From: Neoconidiobolus thromboides FSU 785
Taxonomy: Eukaryota > Fungi > Entomophthoromycota
Reading direction: 5' to 3'
Length of the DNA stretch: 64,000 bases
Assembly (NCBI GenBank): GCA_025603075.1
Contig: MU626294.1
Span: 75,895 to 139,894, forward strand
Part shown: positions 12,307 through 26,235 of the stretch, piece by piece
How positions within the stretch are numbered: the first letter of the stretch is position 1
Layout: each line of letters begins with the position of its first letter
Translations under genes and position numbers: made by a program
Notes under the pieces: generated by a model
What the model was told of the DNA's origin: nothing
Seen by the model: only the letters and a program-made list of their open reading frames with translations
Database searches by the model: none

Positions 12307-14321
12307 ATGTATTTTTTGCACTTAGAAACGTACCACATTATACCAGCTTTGATCGGTGGGTTCATTCTTTTCTTTGGTTTGATCTCCTTAGTCGTTAAAG
12401 AAAAACTTTTTTTATCTGAAGCTTGTAAGTATATATCTCGATAATGAAATTTCATATGAAATGTTAAATGAAAGACAAAATTCAAAAGCATCTTACTAAT
12501 AGCGTTAATTCCTTTAGTGGTTGCCTTTGTTTTCGGGATTATAGTTGGACCAAAAGCACTTAATTTCTTTGATCCGTTATCTTGGCCAGAACATCAAACA
12601 GTTACTTTGGAATTCTCTAGAATTGTAATTGCGATCCAGGTATTATATTTATAATTATTTTAAATCAGTACTAACCACAACATCAAGGTTATGGCTGCTG
12701 GTGTATATCTTCCGAAGTTAGTGAAACATTTATTCAATAAATTGATCTTATATATTAAGTTTTCGTTAGGAAGTATCTATGGGAAGAAATGAAATCATTA
12801 TTGGTTTTATTACTACCGGTTATGTTCGCCATGTGGTTGATATCAGCTGCAATTATATATGCTTTTTTACCTTTAACTTATGTAAGCAAATTCTATAAAC
12901 CAATTCTATATTTTATTCCTTATTTTATTAGCTTGAATCTCTTATTATCGCTGCTTGTGTTACCCCTACAGATCCGGTAAGATTATATAATGATTTATAT
13001 ATTAAGCTATAATTCTATTAGGTTTTGGCCAACTCAATCGTAAAAGGAAGATTTGCTGAAATGCATGTGCCAATTCACGTTAGGGACATTTTATCAGCTG
13101 AGAGGTAAATTAATTAATTAACTAATATAAGTAATGAACATAGCTAATAATTTTAGTGGAGCAAATGATGGTAAAATGATGACTAAAACATATATTTGTA
13201 TAATATAACATTACTTTTTAGGCTTGGGGTTCCCTTATCTTTTCTTAGCTATTTTCCTTATGCATTATGATAGTACTGGATTAGCAATTGGAAACTGGTT
13301 TCTCCTAATTTGGGGTTATCAAATTGGATTATCAATAGTAGTTGGTGCAACAGTTGGATTTGCTGCACGTAAATTATTGAAATATGCAGAAACTAATGGC
13401 TTAATTGATAAAGAATCATTTCTTGCATTTTGGGTTGCATTAGCATTATTTCTTATGGGAAGTATGGCAATAATTGGGTCAGATGATTTATTTTCTTGCT
13501 TCATTGCAGGGAATGCATTTACCTGGGATGATTGGTTCCGTTTAGAAACAAGAGAATCCCATTTACAAGAAGTTATTGATTTAATCTTCAACTTTTCATT
13601 TTTCATTTACCTCGGTACTATCATTCCATGGGCTGAATTTTCATTGCCCCAGATCGGCATTGAACCATGGCGTTTAGTTGTGATAGGCATTCTTGTTATA
13701 GTCTTACGTCGTATTCCCGCCCTTCTTTTGTCTAAGCCGTTAGTTCCTGCATTAAGAACATGGCGTGAAGCCGTTTTTGCTGGCTGGTTTGGTCCTATCG
13801 GTGCAGGTGCTATATTTTATGCTATTGTTGCTATTGAAGAGCTTGAAACCTATGAAGAAGAATACAAAGTCATACCTTATATTTTCCCAGTTGTATCATT
13901 TTTGGTAATATGCTCAATTGTTGTCCATGGTATTACTATTCCTTTATTCTATATTGGTAAGCATATACGTACTCGTTCCATTGCTACCTCTACCGTTGTC
14001 AATAATATGGTATCAAAATTACCAAAGATACAAATTGGACAAGAAATTGTTATCAAAGGTAGAAAATCAAATGAGCTAAATGGAGCCTCTACTCATACAA
14101 ATGTCTCTGGGGGTGGTGAAATCGAATATGAGCCGAATGAAGTATTTGAAGAGCCTTTAAATACTAATGAATCTTTAAGTGGAGATGTTAATAACAACGA
14201 TAATATAGTTACTTCAATTGATAATAATGATAATAATGAGGCAGATGAAGTTGAAGTAATTGTTAAACAAGATGGTAGAGTTGTCTCTGATGAGTTTTTA
14301 CCAATTCAACATCGTTTATGA
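12307..14321 (+). CDS. NHA1: Na+/H+ antiporter, fungal CPA1 (NHA1/SOD2-like), multi-exon
   Basis: MYFLHLETYHIIPALIGGFILFFGLISLVVKEKLFLSEA, PTDPVLANSIVKGRFAEMHVP, ESGAND, GSDDLFSCF, GWFGPIG and SIVVHGIT motifs across short introns. Confidence 0.93.
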
Positions 14322-15205
14322 CAAAAAAGTGTTTAGAATTAGCTATGATTGCATTTCAAGCGTTAAAGTAATACTAACTCTAAAATCGATATGAACTCCT
14401 TTTCGATATCATTATAATACACTTAATAAACAACGATTATTCATTATTCGATTTTCTTATTTTTTAATCTTCTCGCTTTATTAATATCAATTCAGACATT
14501 GTGTTACTTTAAATCTAAATGTGAAGTATAGAATTTAAAATTGGCTTCATCAGAGATATGCTACTTTTGTAGTAAAAGACCAAAGTCTAAACAAATTAAG
14601 GATAAAATAATAGTATGAGCTATACTGGTGCATCTATTGATAGAAATCAATCTTATATAATGTTTAAATCAAATAGTAAAGATTTATCTTTCAATATTAA
14701 CAACAAAACAAAATTTCAATATCATTTTTTAAAATTCATCTATTTAAAAACTAAATAATCAAGAAACAAAAAAGGCTGCCTCAACATCATAATAAAACCT
14801 AATAAAGTAAATTATTGTGATTTAATTTTGTCAGATTGTTATTTTATTTACAGCCATTATCAGTATTTATATTAAATCAATTCAATTTCTTCAATGTCAT
14901 TTCTTAGCCAATCATTTTCAACATGCAATTTATTTAAAGTAAAAATTGAATTCAGAAAACTTTGATCATAATGAATGAAAAAATATTTCTAAATCGTAAT
15001 CAAATACATCATTGTATGGGTTTTAACAAATAAAATAATATTATATAAACATAACAACTAATCATAAAATTAAATTAATGAAGTAAAGAGTTACTAGATA
15101 AAAAATGATTTATTTAAAAGTTAATTTAGATGTTTGTTAATAAATACTTGTACACACTATACATTTTACTATTAAACATAGGAGTTGTATTTCTTTTTGT
15201 CTTTT

Positions 15206-15616
15206 TTAGTCTAAAAACTGACCGTTTAATATCATATCTCTCATTGGGGATTTTGAGCGTTGTAATAGTTGATTAATATTGCTGGTAAGATCTGTGTCGT
15301 TTGAAATGGTATGGCTGCGTCTCCTTACTGTTGAAAATCCCCACTTTTCAGCAATCCTTTTGGTTTCACTATGGTTTAAGCTTTGCGTACGATAAGGCAA
15401 CTTTGGTTTTTCTTTAACAGGATCGCTGCTTTCCGAGCTAAATGATGAGCTAGTTAAATAGGAGCTTGAGGATGATTTGTGGCTCATTTCTTTATCGTTT
15501 AGAATATTATTATTATTAGTAGAATGAGCATTAATAGGGTTAGTATTAAGAAAGGTAAAGGTAGTTTTATTTAATATTGGGATTGGGATTGAGCTGCTAT
15601 TTTTACTATTTTCCAT
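15206..15616 (-). CDS. Small Ser-rich disordered protein with C-terminal IAEKWGF...SPMRDMILNGQF motif (paralog of 33932-34516)
   Basis: Intronless 136-aa ORF with ATG; two motif blocks are shared with the ORF at 33932-34516. Confidence 0.8.
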   Translation of the reverse strand: MENSKNSSSIPIPILNKTTFTFLNTNPINAHSTNNNNILNDKEMSHKSSSSSYLTSSSFSSESSDPVKEKPKLPYRTQSLNHSETKRIAEKWGFSTVRRRSHTISNDTDLTSNINQLLQRSKSPMRDMILNGQFLD

Positions 15617-16805
15617 TTTAAAAAAATATCATGATTTCTGCCTTTACTGTATTTATACTTTTCAAAAGATAAAACAGTTAAGCTTAACTTTTGATATGGG
15701 TGTGTTATAATTTATGACTTATTTTTATCAAGTTAGAGAAAGGTCAAGTGACATTTGAATTAATAGGATTGAAAGATAAGAGATAGTGAGAACACATCCA
15801 AAATACAATTTCTAGCTCGTACATTATAAACAAGGTATTATGATGGGATAAAACATTGTTATATAATTTAAAAAAGTGCAAATTGAGTTTGAATTTTTAA
15901 AAAATAAAACAAGGTGGGTAAGTCTGGGTTTTAAAGCACTTAATTTTACCTATTAATTTTCTCCATTCAAGCACTAAAGAGTGGAATCTTTAATTTTATA
16001 TCGTTATTTATTTGATAAACCATATTGTTGGATGATGTAACGGTATGCTTGGATCACTTTAGGTTACTTTTAATTTGAGAACTTTATCAAATAAAATTGT
16101 ATCAGTTATGGATAATTTTATGGAACTTTATTTTCTTTACAACTCAGCCTTATCCAGAATAGCCTTTTAATAGGAAATTGAATCTATGCTAACGTATTTT
16201 TTAAAATATTGACACCAATTTATTAGTCTTTATAATTACAATTTTGCCATGATTAAATCAGATTACAGTTTATTTTCAAAAATATATAAGGAACTTATAC
16301 GTACAATTGTAAACTCTAAATAACTCTGTAAGAAAAAATTACTCACGCTTTTAGTTTTATCTAGTTTTTACTTCTTAAGCTCCATTAAGCTTTTGCTATC
16401 AAAATCATATAATAAATAGCTGAATTTTCATGTAATATACAACCACCTACTAATAATAAATGATTTTGAAGCTATAAAAGCAGTTTGAAATGCCTTCAAA
16501 GGTACTATAAACTACGTATTTACTATATTTTTATATTATAATACTAATATTTTAACTCCTTGTGTTGGTAATTAACTAAATGTAGTACAGTTTTACGCTA
16601 TGAAGAATAACTGCCCACTTTTATGCAAAATAATTCTAGAAACTTTATTAACTTATTTTTTATTTATTTGTTACAACAGATATATTTATTCACTGTATCT
16701 TAGTTAATGTTTTATTAAGTTTTTAAAAATACTAACACTAAAATAAATAAATAAACAAAAGCATCTAAAGTTTAAACATCAACGAATAAATCAATGATGA
16801 GTTTG

Positions 16806-17610
16806 TTATAAAGTAATCTTATCAATCAGAGACTTGTTATAATTCTTACTACTATCAAGTACCCAAATTTTTGATTTTGATGTATCACTAAAGAAGAGTT
16901 GCTTTATATTTGAAGAGCTAGTTGCCAATGTTTGTACCTTGTTGTCTGCATCAATAATAAAATTTTGGTTTTTATTTTCGGTTAAATCAAATTGATTATC
17001 ATAAGTAGACACCATTGAAGTTATGATATTGTTTTTTGTGATGTTTTATTAACATAGCTGGAGCTTGAAGAACAATCACCACTATAGAGTTCTTCTGGCA
17101 TAACATTCTTGAAGACGTGATATTGACCTTCTTCCTAAAATCAGTAAGCAATATTGCGATCGAATCCACATCTTTCTTTATTTTAAAGAAAACTAAAGTT
17201 ATCAAGTTGTTTTACAAGCATTACTCCATTGGATGTTTTTTTAGATGCCAGCCCATTTTTGGTGGCTAGTAATAAACTATTGTCTTCAAGAAAGATTTAT
17301 GAAATAAGATTGTTTGTATATTTACTATAATCATAGTATTCTTCACTAATAAACTTACTCATATTTCCTATCAAATATCCAAACACCAAAGTTATCGTTG
17401 CTTAAGAAACAAAGCTTATCTTTAGTGAAAAGCATTGAAGTAAGGGGTTCGTCTTTATCAAAAGTCATTAGCATATCGAGCTTTAAAATTAGCCTCAAAA
17501 TCTTTGCTTTCTCCTTTATTAATTTGAACAAATTTCGCTTTGTTATTATCAAATTCAACATCATAGATTATCCTCAAGTCCTTATTAAAAACAGGGAGCC
17601 TATATATTAT
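16806..17610 (-). pseudogene. Probable degenerate or frameshifted gene, beta-strand-rich protein of unknown family
   Basis: Protein-like segments (LPVFNKDLRIIYDVEFDNNK..., DKDEPLTSMLFTKDKLCFLSNDNFGVWIFDRK, QLFFSDTSKSKIWVLD) lie in different frames. There is an apparent 1-nt shift near 17460 and several GTAAG/TAG sites. Confidence 0.4.
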
Positions 17611-17826
17611 TTAGTTTCGAATCATATTCATTCAAACAACTATTTATTTTAAACCCGGATACAATTTAGGAGCAAAGAAAACTTAAAACCAAAACCGATT
17701 TTATCTTTGTACTATTTATTATTGTTTATTCGTTTCTTTATAGTTAAACAATGCTATATTACTTTCTATTTATATTATTTTTTGATCCTGTTTGGTATTT
17801 TGGTTTATTTGATGTTCATGTTCATT

Positions 17827-17930
17827 AAATGGGGATGTTTTTTTTGGCTTCATCACTTTTTTCATTTTTTTAAATACCATTTACGTAGAAACATTGTTAG
17901 TAAAATTCTTAAAAAAATACATCCCAAAAT
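17827..17930 (+). mobile_element. MITE family A copy 4
   Basis: Flanked by the direct repeat AAAT...AAAT. Confidence 0.88.
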
Positions 17931-18348
17931 ATTATCTTTTTTATTAATCAATTATCAAGTATTTAGTATTTAAAACTGCTCCTACTATAATAAATATTAA
18001 ACCATCTATTCTGGCTTATCTATATATAATCAAACAATTATATAATTATAATATATTTGTTTGAAATGATGTTTTTGTTAGAAGGATAGTATAGAAATTA
18101 ATTTTGGTTTATAATTCGTTATTTTAAAATCGAATTATACTATTATAAAAACTATTATAATGACATATCCTCCTTAATATATTATTAAATGCCATGCATT
18201 AATAATATATTATAGTTTTCTATAATTTAAAGTCAATTATTTTAACTATAAGTAAAATTCATAAAACAATCCTACATGATTATTTTTATTATTATGGTAT
18301 TGATACTAGAGATTATAATATTTTGATAGATTAAGGTATGTTTTTATT

Positions 18349-18452
18349 ATATGGGGATGTTTTTTTGGCTTCATCACTTTTTCTACCTTTTAAGCAATAT
18401 TTAGGCGAAAAACTGTTAGTAAATTCTTAAACATAAAAATACATCCCCATAT
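18349..18452 (+). mobile_element. MITE family A copy 5
   Basis: Perfect GGGGATGT/ACATCCCC TIR with ATAT flanks. Confidence 0.92.
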
Positions 18453-18945
18453 ACTATTTTTTTACCCCTTACCTTAGCTAAGCATTGTTTGCTTTCAAGG
18501 AAAATGCTAAAGTTTATATATAAAAGGGATATTAAGGCAGGAAGATAAGGATAATTTGATAGAAATGACTTGAGGTCAAAATAAATTGAATTAAGATAGC
18601 TACGTCTAACCTTGAATTAAACATCTAACTGATACTATATATAATTTTTTATATTAAAGGTTGCTGTTCTTCAACTGTAATTAGAGTTGAAAGGCATTGT
18701 GGTGTCAGTACTATAATTGCGTTGATTGAAGTTCCACATAAACCACTTGGTTTATAATAAATGCGTTTATAAAAAATACAGCATTATAGCTAACAAATAT
18801 ATATTTCTATAAACAATACTTTTAGAGGTTTAGCCTCTTTTATTATCAAGTTAAAACAATTTATAAACAAGTATATATTTTAAACATAACAAAATCATGC
18901 ATATATATTACATATCTAAAATTTGTCAAATTATCATAAATTAAT

Positions 18946-19047
18946 ATATAAAGATGTTTATTTGGTTTCACCACTTTTTCCACTTTTTAAGCGCTATTTG
19001 AGTGGAAAATGCATTAGTGAAATTCTTAAAAAAGCGCATTCCCATAT
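18946..19047 (+). mobile_element. MITE family A copy 6
   Basis: Internal consensus intact; left TIR decayed by G>A. Confidence 0.88.
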
Positions 19048-21130
19048 AGCCTTATAGTTATGTGCTTCAAGTTAGAAAGTTGGTTAAATAAATAAAAATA
19101 ATTTTAATTTTAAAAAGCATATACTTAGAAGAATTTGAGGTGATAGTTTTTAAATTTTGTAGCTAACAAGTTACTATTATAACTTGTTTACATAGTTGTT
19201 TGGTTTCAAAAGTTTATTTTATTTTAAAATATTAGAATAAAAGCAATATATTAATTCAAAACATTTTAGACTTTAAGCATTTCAAAAAAAATAATAAGTA
19301 TAATTAAAAATACTGCTTTATAAAGCAGTAAATAAATATAAATCAGACTAAAACAATAAAGAAATTAAAATTCTAAATTAAATTTTATTTAGCATAATAT
19401 AATTATGAATAATTTTAAAATAGCTTTTATATATTATTAAAAAATTGTATTATTTTGACTGTTTAATTTAAATTATATGCTAAATTAGTATACTGCGTTA
19501 ATTGAATTTGACCACGTCACTGCTAACAGATTCCATTAGCTTTTGCCCAATAATAATTCAAAAAAGTTACACTAACATACTTTAAACACACACATTTAAA
19601 ACAAGCTAAAAATCCAGATTTTTAATTTGGGATGAAATGAGCGTAATAAAGCTATCATTATTAGAACTTATAGTTAACCTATTTGTAGTTTCTATCCCTT
19701 CACTGAAGCTTAGCTCAAATATTACAATAAGTTCTTACTTCTTCTATGTTTATGTCATCAATGGTATTAATTATTTAATAATTCATAACAAACAAGGTTA
19801 GTTGAAAGTTGAGTTTGAAGTAGAATTAAAACAGTTGAAGCATAATTATTAAAAATTAAATCAGGTCTTATCCAATAAGGTAAAAGGATAATTTGATTAT
19901 TCATAAGATTTATATGCTGGAAGATTTTATAAAAACATTTTTTAAAAGCAGTGATCCTCCACTGATGTATGTTCTGAGGTTTTTGGTATTAAATTAAAGT
20001 AGTTTATTTTTAAAGTTGCTATTTGATTCAGTTTATTCTTATAAAAATGTACTCAAATAATAATGTTAGTTTTACTAAAAATAAGGATATATAGATCTAT
20101 ATTGAATTGCTAAGTTTATACGTAAAACAAATTAAAGACTATAATGCAAGTTAAAACTGTCTACAATTGAGAGTTTAGAATCTTTATAAATTAATTGATT
20201 ATTGCTTATAACCTTACTATACAGTTAAGAAAGGTTCTAAATTAGCATTTCATCTTTATTTTTAACATTTAACATTTTATATAAATAATAGAAAGTATAT
20301 TTCGGTTGCACAGCTCCTTAATTATTCTCTGTGCTAAATATATCCGCTTTTTAATATGCCATTGATTTAGGATTACTTATAGATAAAAAGTAGTTTAAGG
20401 ACAGTATTTAATTATATAAATAAAATAGTATAAACTATTAAGGCTCCTTCTTTATTTGTATACCAAATTAAAACTAAGGATTTACTATTAATAGTAATGA
20501 AATGTAGATTTAAGTAGTTAGTAAAATGTTTCCATTATAAGTTTATTTAACTGAAGTTTAAACGTTAATTCATTATCATTATTATATTAGTGAAAGTAAT
20601 GATTAGATTATTATAATATTAAACAGGTTATTTTTTTATATTGCATAAATAGAATAGCTTTCATTCCAACTATTAAAATTTGATGATTTATTATAAAATA
20701 TTAGGAATATAATATAATTATATTTAATCGCATTTCATAATTATTAAAACCCATTTAAGTATCGAGAATTGTATAGATAAATAACTATTTAATAATAATG
20801 TTTAAAATAAAAGTGTGATAGTAATGTTATGTCTGAAATGAAAATAAAGAATATAATTTAAATAAAATGATCTCATTAAGATCATATTATTAAAATAACC
20901 AAGCGTTTTTTGCTTTTAAAATTAATTAAACATGAGGAATTAAGATACTTTAATTCAATAAAACACCATTTTTTATTTACTTATTTGTGTTATTTCATTA
21001 TTATATTCTACCCCCTAAAATATGATCAAGCTTTGAATCATAGCCACATTATTTTAAATTAGCATATAAGCCATCGAATCATATATAAACACTCTCTTTC
21101 CATCCGAATTTCAATTAACTTTTGAAAAAA

Positions 21131-21694
21131 ATGTCTTTACTAGATTCTTACTCTGCTAGCTTAAACTTATTTAATACTCCTAGTCCTGAGCTTACTTCTC
21201 CAAAATCAAAATGGGAGCGTAAGTTTTCTTACTGTCAAGTAAGCTTACCATCTATCTCTGACTTATTTCCAAACCATTTCTCTAAGCATCACGATGATCA
21301 TGATACGTATAAACGTAGATCAAGTGTTGATAGTTATAGTCGAGACTCTTGCCATCAACAAGATGTAGACTTCAATAACCCAAACCATATGCCTGTCAAA
21401 GGAAAAAGAAAACGTGCTAATTCAGTACAGATTCGCTTTTTGAATCGTGTATTTGAAACCACAGCTTTCCCATCTACCGAGTTAAGAAGTGAACTTGGTA
21501 AACAGCTTGGTATGTCACCAAGAGCAGTACAAATTTGGTTCCAAAATAAAAGGCAATCGTTAAAAGGCAACTTGCCACATGGTGATAGAGATTCTGCACG
21601 TAGAATTTCTATTTCTTTACACTCTTTTGAGTCTAATTTATTACCTAAGCCTACCAAGCTTCATTCTTCCAACAGTTACACATTTTATCATTAA
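21131..21694 (+). CDS. Homeodomain transcription factor
   Basis: KRKRANSVQIRFLNRVFETTAFPSTELRSELGKQLGMSPRAVQIWFQNKRQ has the WFQN.R recognition helix; ATG at 21131. Confidence 0.93.
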   Translation: MSLLDSYSASLNLFNTPSPELTSPKSKWERKFSYCQVSLPSISDLFPNHFSKHHDDHDTYKRRSSVDSYSRDSCHQQDVDFNNPNHMPVKGKRKRANSVQIRFLNRVFETTAFPSTELRSELGKQLGMSPRAVQIWFQNKRQSLKGNLPHGDRDSARRISISLHSFESNLLPKPTKLHSSNSYTFYH

Positions 21695-23082
21695 GTTAAT
21701 TCATTTATTTTTCTTCTATTGTATAGTATTTTTTAAAAATAAACATTTTTGCTTCAATAAACATTAATTAAATTGATTTTCTGATGCATTAAGCTACTTG
21801 ATAATTACATAAATACTGAATAGAATATAAGTTTTATTAAAATTGGAAATATAGCGGGATTTATTTGAGAATAGAGTGAAATAAACTTCACCATTTTTAA
21901 TTTACCCCAATCCCAAAGATAGAGGAAAAGAGTAATGCTTTTATCACTTCAATTTATGAAATAATTAATCCTTTGTTTAATAGTTATGTGCTCTAACTTA
22001 GCTATTGTATGGATGATTCGTATTAAATCAAAATTCCTTCCAAGGTCCTATTACAAATAATAGTGAGATAATGATTTGTCTTCACCAATCATAAAAATAG
22101 TTATGATTTATATTGGACTTTGTTATTTTGTGAATATTTAATAATGACATAATAACTGTCTGTTTTTTTTACCGTCTTGCTATTATAGTTGAAGTAAAAT
22201 GAAATGGGTAAATTAAAAAATAATGCTATTGGCCTAACAATAATAATATTATTAATAGTTTATCAAACGACATCGTTTATTAAAATGAGTAAAATAGGGG
22301 AATTTTGTTTTTAATAAAATCAAACTTGCTGAGATCAACGTTTTAAATGTTGTCATTTTATTTTAAACTCACTTTAAAACTTAAATTTCAAATTTGATGC
22401 AGCTTATTTAATAAAATTTATACTTCATTATTACTTTAATACACAAAAGACAAAATTTCTCACAATGTGGCTTAGTTAAGGATTTCTGGGTGATGAAGCA
22501 GGCACTAATTACATTATAAATGGACTTTTTTAATAAAGTAACTAAGTTGAAATTAAATTAATTTTTTATTAAAAGACCAGTAAAATTTAATTTTATAAAA
22601 TTAATTGTTATTTATTTTAAATCATCGTTTAATTTTTTCTTTTTTCCTTTCATCAAAATTTAATTAAGATTAGCTTATTCCCCTTTTCTACTTTGGTTTT
22701 GGCAATATAAGCTAAAGGCTTATTTTTTATTAAAAAATCAACACCGTAAAATTTACAAATCTTACAAATAATAAAACTAAAATCTGATTAAATTTGCAAT
22801 TTTTTTGGAAATGTTGCATTTTCTAATTAACTGGTTTATGGTAATCAAAGAAATCATTTAATACTTAAAACTTCTTAAGTAGGGATACAACGAATAATGA
22901 AAATCGGTCCACTTTGATTACTATTTTTAATAAATCAATTATTCTTAATAATAAATAAATTTGTTTTATCTCTATTTACTTGATTTGAAACAAATAAGAG
23001 ATATTGACTTCCCCACTTTAGTTTTACAATTTTATTATATTTTTTTATTTTCTGATTTTTATATTTGTAGATTGAAATTAAG

Positions 23083-23172
23083 ATTTGGGGGATGTTTTTT
23101 TGGTTTTATTATTTTCCATTTTTAAGCACTATTTGAGTCGAAAAACTGTAAGTAAAAAAGGCATCCCCATTT
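23083..23172 (+). mobile_element. MITE family A copy 7 (internal deletion)
   Basis: ATTT...ATTT flanks; about 15 bp shorter than consensus. Confidence 0.85.
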
Positions 23173-23852
23173 TAAACCAAGTTTGATCTAAGTGGTATTC
23201 GCCCCATACATTTTATATAAAAGCAAATAAAGTGTGTTTTAGTTTCGAACCTTATTTCAAATCAAACCAAAATTTTTCTCTAATTACTAGCACAAACATC
23301 AGCCACGTTAACCAATTTTATGCCTTTATTTAGAAAAACACTAAGAAATCTTTTACTTAGTGTTTTTCTAAATAAAGGCATAAAATTGGTTAATGTGATT
23401 GGTATTCATGTTAGTGTAATAAGAAATCAAGTGAGTTGTTTGGTTATCTTTATGGAGGGTGGTAACTCACTGATTGTACCACGTTGTACTTTACAACTTT
23501 TTCTACTCTTACTATACCATGCCATTTTTCGCTACCTTACCTTAATTAGTTTAATTTTTTTGTTGGGTAGAAAGCAAACTGGATTTTAAAGTGGTTAGCT
23601 TCAAGCGATTTGAGTTGATAGTGGAGTTATTGTTTTATTATAGTAATATAAACAAAAGATATAATTAAGGGGGGGTAATAATAGTGTTTTTAAAGTAACA
23701 AACGCGAATAGACCCATCAAGATAAACCTAGTTTATTAAAAGTATCGTATTATAATATATTACTATTAATAAATGTATAAATGTGCTTTAAAAAGCTTGA
23801 AATAAATACAAATCAGACGTTATAAAAAAAACTCAAAAAAAGGTTTAATTAT

Positions 23853-24110
23853 ATATAGGCTAGTTTAAAAGCTCGGTTCAAATTTTGCCCAATTTCGATT
23901 TTTAGCAAAAATTAAAGTTGAGCATTAAATATTACAATTTTTTTTGCCTTTTTGCTTTTTTGCTTAATTTTGGATTCTCATACTGAAGCGTTTTTTTGTC
24001 TGATTACTTAAGAGTTTTTTTAAAATTTACACTACATAAAAAATAGTCAAAAAAAAGTAAACTCGAAAATTTATTTTCAATTTTAACCAAGCTTTTAAAC
24101 TAGCCCATAT
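23853..24110. mobile_element. MITE family B: ~250 bp with ~28-bp TIRs (GGGCTAGTTTAAAAGCT...), ATAT flanks
   Basis: Left end ATAT-AGGCTAGTTTAAAAGCTCGGTTCAAATT matches the reverse complement of right end AATTTTAACCAAGCTTTTAAACTAGCCC-ATAT. Confidence 0.8.
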
Positions 24111-24397
24111 ACAGTTAGAACTGGTTGCAGTTAGATTTACAGGGATTTATTTCAAAAGCGATTTGTACAATTTAGTTAGGATGTCCGAATTAGGAAAAGT
24201 AAATTTTTTCAAATTTGCAATTTCTAAATGTTAAATAAAAATGAAATAATATTAACAGGTACTTTTCCAGTATCAATCTAAATGGGTCGATGATGAAAGC
24301 AAGAAAAGTACACTAAAAAGTAATTGTACAAATTTGGGCCTTTAACACAGTAAAATTTGAGTCTTTAATTACGACCAAAACCTCTATAGCTAATATT

Positions 24398-24499
24398 ATA
24401 TGGGGATGTTTTGATTTCATCACTTTTTTCATCTTTTAAGCACTATTTTAGCGGAAAATTATCAATAAAATTCTTAAACACAAAAATACATCCCTATAT
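24398..24499 (+). mobile_element. MITE family A copy 8
   Basis: Full length, ATAT flanks. Confidence 0.9.
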
Positions 24500-24816
24500 A
24501 ATGCTTTCTATAATAAATTTTATATACAAGATATGAACCGTAAACATATCTTTTCTCTACTCTTTTTATATTATTTATACCTTTATTTTTAGCTATTATA
24601 CTTCCTGGGGCTGGTACTGTTTTCTATTTTACCTACCATTTATAGCAATCAAGAGCATTTGTTTCAGTAATAGCAAAATTGAAAGCTAAAAAACAATTTT
24701 TTATATTAAAAAGTATTTTAGAAGTACAACATTAAATTTATTTTATTTTGTATATTTATTAAAACCTATATTAAATTTTCTATAATACTTATATACTAAC
24801 AAGTTTTTTCATTAAT

Positions 24817-24922
24817 ATGTGGGGATATTTTTTTTTGGCTTCATCACTTTTTCCACTTTCTAAACGCTATTTGAGCAGAAAAATTATTAGTAAAATCCTT
24901 AAACACAAATACATCCCTATAT
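24817..24922 (+). mobile_element. MITE family A copy 9
   Basis: Full length; flanks ATGT/ATAT. Confidence 0.9.
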
Positions 24923-25116
24923 TTTAATATTTGTATTTAGCAACTATAATAAAAAGCAATTATTATAAAAATTGATACTTAGTGATTAAAGTTAAGAGTA
25001 TTTTTTGTTTGATCAACTAGCTATAAGTCAAAATAATTTAGTTTACATAATCAAAATATATTTGAATTATAACAATAGCATATAATAAGCTATAAATTAT
25101 ACAAAAATAAAATAAA

Positions 25117-25215
25117 AGATAGAGATGTATTGTGTTTAAAAATTTACTAATAGCTTTTCCACTCAAACAACGCTTAAAAAACGGAAAAAATGAAATGAAA
25201 AAAACACCCTCAGAT
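25117..25215 (-). mobile_element. MITE family A copy 10, inserted in tandem unit A
   Basis: AGAT...AGAT direct flanks; unit B shows the empty site. Confidence 0.88.
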
Positions 25216-26130
25216 ATTACCATAAAATCTATGTAAAATACTGTCAAAAAAACTTTATAACTTTATTAAAAATATAATATCAAAAAATAATTTAATAAAA
25301 AAACTGAGTTATATGAAATCTAATACTCAGTGGTTGGAGTCAAGGCAGTTTTTGTTTGATTGACTAGCCGTAGGTCAAAAGGTCTTAGTTTATGTAACTA
25401 AGATAGGTTTGGATTATAAAGAATACCACTTAATAGGTTATTAGCTATGTAAGATAAATAAAACAAACAATACTAGTAAAATCTACACAAAGTAGTATCA
25501 GAAAGATTTAGTGACTTCACCAAAGGTATGATATCAAGAAGTAATTCAATCAAAAAGCTTCAAATTATTATGTTGAAAAGTCTCTTTTATACTCTAACTG
25601 AGTGACTACATATAGGAATACAATAATAGTTATTCATTACCATAATTACCAAGTATGGACACTAAAAGGGGAGTAATGTCTTTCACAGTTAGGCGGTAGA
25701 AATTCTCATAGAAAACCAAAATAAGGAGCTCTAAATTGATTGTACCACATGAATCATGGTCAAGTTAATTACAAGTTTGTAATTAGTTTTGTAAACAAGT
25801 TAAATGGTTATCATGTTATAATTAATCCGAGAGCTAATAAAATGATATTTCACAATTATTATATTGAAAAAAATTATATTCCAACCAACTAGGTGACTAT
25901 ATATATAAAATATGATAACAGTTATTTTTTATTACAGTTACTAAATATACATATTAAAATAAAAAAATAATACTTTTGTAAAAGTTAGTACTCAGTAGTT
26001 GAAATTAAAAATAGTTTTTGCTTAATTAACTGACTATAAGTCAAAAAACCTTAATTTATATAATCAATATAGGCTTAGATCTATAGAGACAGTATATAAT
26101 AAGCTATGGATTATATAAAACAAATAAAAA

Positions 26131-26235
26131 GACTGGGCATCTTTTTTTGATTTCATTACTTTTCCATTTTTCAAGCGCTATTTTAATGGAAAGATTGTTA
26201 GTAAAATTTTTAAACAAAAAAATGCATCTCTGAAT
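26131..26235 (+). mobile_element. MITE family A copy 11, inserted in tandem unit C
   Basis: Flanks GACT/GAAT; internal consensus intact. Confidence 0.85.

Noticed and set aside
15900-16060. Minus-strand strings NPDLPTL and HHPT resembling mariner/Tc1 motifs
   Set aside because: Short chance-level matches in different frames with no TIRs.
17707-17973. 88-aa ORF, and likewise ORFs 25038-25247, 32727-32909 and 63284-63475
   Set aside because: These read through MITE family A copies, are compositionally biased and show no protein motifs.
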